A program made the translations under genes and the position numbers. A stretch of 64,000 nucleotides of DNA from Isurus oxyrinchus (Eukaryota). The notes beneath the pieces are model-generated. The model was given only the letters and a program-made list of their open reading frames with translations, was not told the origin of the DNA and did no database searches. Where the stretch lies: assembly GCA_026770705.1 (NCBI GenBank), contig JANJGN010000013.1, positions 130,572,001 to 130,636,000 of the forward strand, in the 5' to 3' direction. Shown here one piece after another: positions 63,536 through 64,000 of the stretch; the stretch's first letter is position 1, and each line of letters opens with the position of its first letter.

Positions 63536-64000
63536 TTACAATGATAGTAATTAATATTATATAATGTCTAAACCATTTTGATACATGTAAACGCTTCCAC
63601 ATACAAAGAATGGCTCAAAAAAGCAAAATTTTGGCAGATTTGTCAGAACATTCCAGAAAGTGAATTTGCAGGACACAATTTGCTGGATCATTTCCTCAAC
63701 TTTTATAAATTTCAATTTCAATTAGTAACTTACTTGCCAGTATCTGCAAAATGCATGAGAACTTAGAAATGGTTGTGGCAATCCATCCATGGGTCGCATA
63801 ACTGGAGGATGCAAATATGTGAGAGGTTAATGACACAAAATTGAAACCTGGTTGAACGAGTTGTTCATTCAAATAAAAAACTATAGCTGGCTGCTAATTT
63901 GCACATTTGTAAACATATATAGACATGTTTATATCTACTACATTTATCTACTACCTCTTGCAGGAAGCTAGAAATACACTCACACACGTTAAGTATTTAG

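Noticed and set aside
63950-64000. Acceptor-like ctacctcttgcag near the window end
   Set aside because: Phase-0 translation EARNTLTHVKYL does not resemble the CHCHD3 C-terminus; truncated by the window edge.

Overview
Eukaryotic, AT-rich, repeat-dense genomic DNA, most likely from a cartilaginous fish (shark-type CR1 LINEs, Deu-domain/SacSINE1-like SINEs, Penelope-like ends). The whole window appears to lie inside one + strand gene, CHCHD3 (MIC19, MICOS complex). Two internal coding exons are visible (8882-8952, and 36161-36296 with the twin CX9C motif); the rest is intron. No ORF-track entry is a real gene: they are chance ORFs or decayed retroelement fragments. The introns hold CR1, L2, a second CR1/L2-group LINE with a tail-sharing SINE, an RTE LINE split by an inversion, several solo LTRs, a decayed GalEa-like Copia element with an initiator-Met primer site, and many ends of Penelope-like elements (PLEs) carrying minimal hammerhead ribozyme motifs. 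The most striking structure is at 53536-53916: two head-to-head hammerhead-bearing PLE ends enclose a perfect (110/110) inverted copy of DNA from ~0.8 kb downstream, all inside a 14-bp target-site duplication. A PLE fold-back centred exactly on hammerhead helix II (49426-49570) and several other local inverted copies suggest recurrent template switching. Repeat family names come from recognised motifs, not database searches, and most repeat boundaries are approximate.
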